A DNA stretch of 64,000 nucleotides from positions 32,001 to 96,000 of the forward strand of contig QCDI01000002.1 in assembly GCA_003280965.1 (NCBI GenBank). The letters run 5' to 3'. This stretch comes from Prochlorococcus sp. AG-355-B18 (lineage in GTDB: Bacteria > Cyanobacteriota > Cyanobacteriia > PCC-6307 > Cyanobiaceae). How positions within the stretch are numbered: the stretch's first letter is position 1; every line of letters starts with the position of its first letter. Of the stretch, positions 63,258 to 64,000 are shown one piece after another. Both the position numbers and the translations under genes were made by a program. The notes below the pieces were generated by a model. It did not search any database. It was not told where the DNA came from and saw only the letters and a program-made list of their open reading frames with translations.

Positions 63258-64000
63258 CTATAAATTTTTTCTTGAATCTATTTGAAGTAAATCTCTTATT
63301 TTTTGAACTTGACTTGCAATATTAGGATCGATAGATAATTTTTTTTCAACTTGTTCAATAGCATACATAACTGTTGTATGGTCTTTCCCACCAAATTCAT
63401 CTCCAATTCTTGGCAGGCTTAAATCAGTTCCATGTCTCATAAGATACATGCCTATTTGTCTAGCTTGACTTACTGGTTTTCTTCTACTTGAACTGATCAA
63501 TTCATCAGTAGAAACTTTAAAGAACTCGGATACTTTATCAATAACTTGTTTTGGAGTTACAACTACTCCAACACTATTAGGATCAAGCATTGGAGCAATT
63601 GATTGTACAGTCATTGGCAAGCCTGTTATTGAAGCAAAAGCAACGGCTCTAGTAAATGCCCCTTCCAATTCTCGAATATTCGAAGTAAATCTACCTGCTA
63701 TAAATTGAATTAAATCTCTAGGGAGACTCATCCTCTCTTGTTCTGCCTTTTTCTGAAGAATCGCAGTCCTTGTCTCAAGATCAGGGGGTTGAATATCTGC
63801 AGTCATACCCATAGAGAACCTAGAAATTAATCTCTCCTGAATTCCAGACAATTGATTTGGAGGCCTATCACTTGCAATAACTATTTGACTACCTGATTCG
63901 TGAAGAGCGTTAAAAGTATGAAAAAATTCTTCTTGTGTATACTCTTTACCTTCTAAGAACTGTATATCGTCTATTAGTATCAAATCTACATTTCTATATT
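63258..64000 (-). CDS. dnaA: Chromosomal replication initiator, 5' part lies beyond the window
   Basis: LIDDIQF (Walker B), [31 protein letters not shown]; frame stays open to position 64000. Confidence 0.98.
   Translation of the reverse strand, partial: YRNVDLILIDDIQFLEGKEYTQEEFFHTFNALHESGSQIVIASDRPPNQLSGIQERLISRFSMGMTADIQPPDLETRTAILQKKAEQERMSLPRDLIQFIAGRFTSNIRELEGAFTRAVAFASITGLPMTVQSIAPMLDPNSVGVVVTPKQVIDKVSEFFKVSTDELISSSRRKPVSQARQIGMYLMRHGTDLSLPRIGDEFGGKDHTTVMYAIEQVEKKLSIDPNIASQVQKIRDLLQIDSRKNL

Noticed and set aside
1..64000. Prophage, integrative element, insertion sequence or defence island
   Set aside because: No integrase, transposase, terminase/capsid, restriction-modification or toxin-antitoxin motifs recognised; content is continuous housekeeping synteny

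Overview
Low-GC (roughly 30%), extremely gene-dense cyanobacterial chromosome segment. Gene content (petE, ndhD, ndhL, ycf51, glgA/glgB, menB/menD, cyAbrB, group-2 sigma factor), AT-biased proteins and near-absent spacers point to a high-light Prochlorococcus. The order from hisS to dnaA matches what I recall of the Prochlorococcus core genome. It holds about 63 CDSs (dnaA cut by the right edge) and one tRNA-Leu(UAA). I found no integrase, transposase, phage structural genes, CRISPR array or obvious genomic island, so I cannot support a claim of a large novel system. The most interesting signals are small. (1) A 140-aa protein built from six 10-residue Gly/Met repeats, a His-rich linker and a WMPC (DUF3721-type) Cys/His/Met domain, possibly a metal-handling protein. 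(2) A perfect 3 x 11-bp tandem repeat upstream of a group-2 sigma factor that also has a CxxxxC motif in its -35 recognition helix. (3) An excisionase/MerR-like HTH protein ending in an ssrA-like 'AA' tail. (4) An RGG plus ribbon-helix-helix-like ORF leading the trpS-thrS operon. (5) A QueD-family protein with HGY instead of HGH. All product calls come from motif recognition in the supplied translations; no database search was run.
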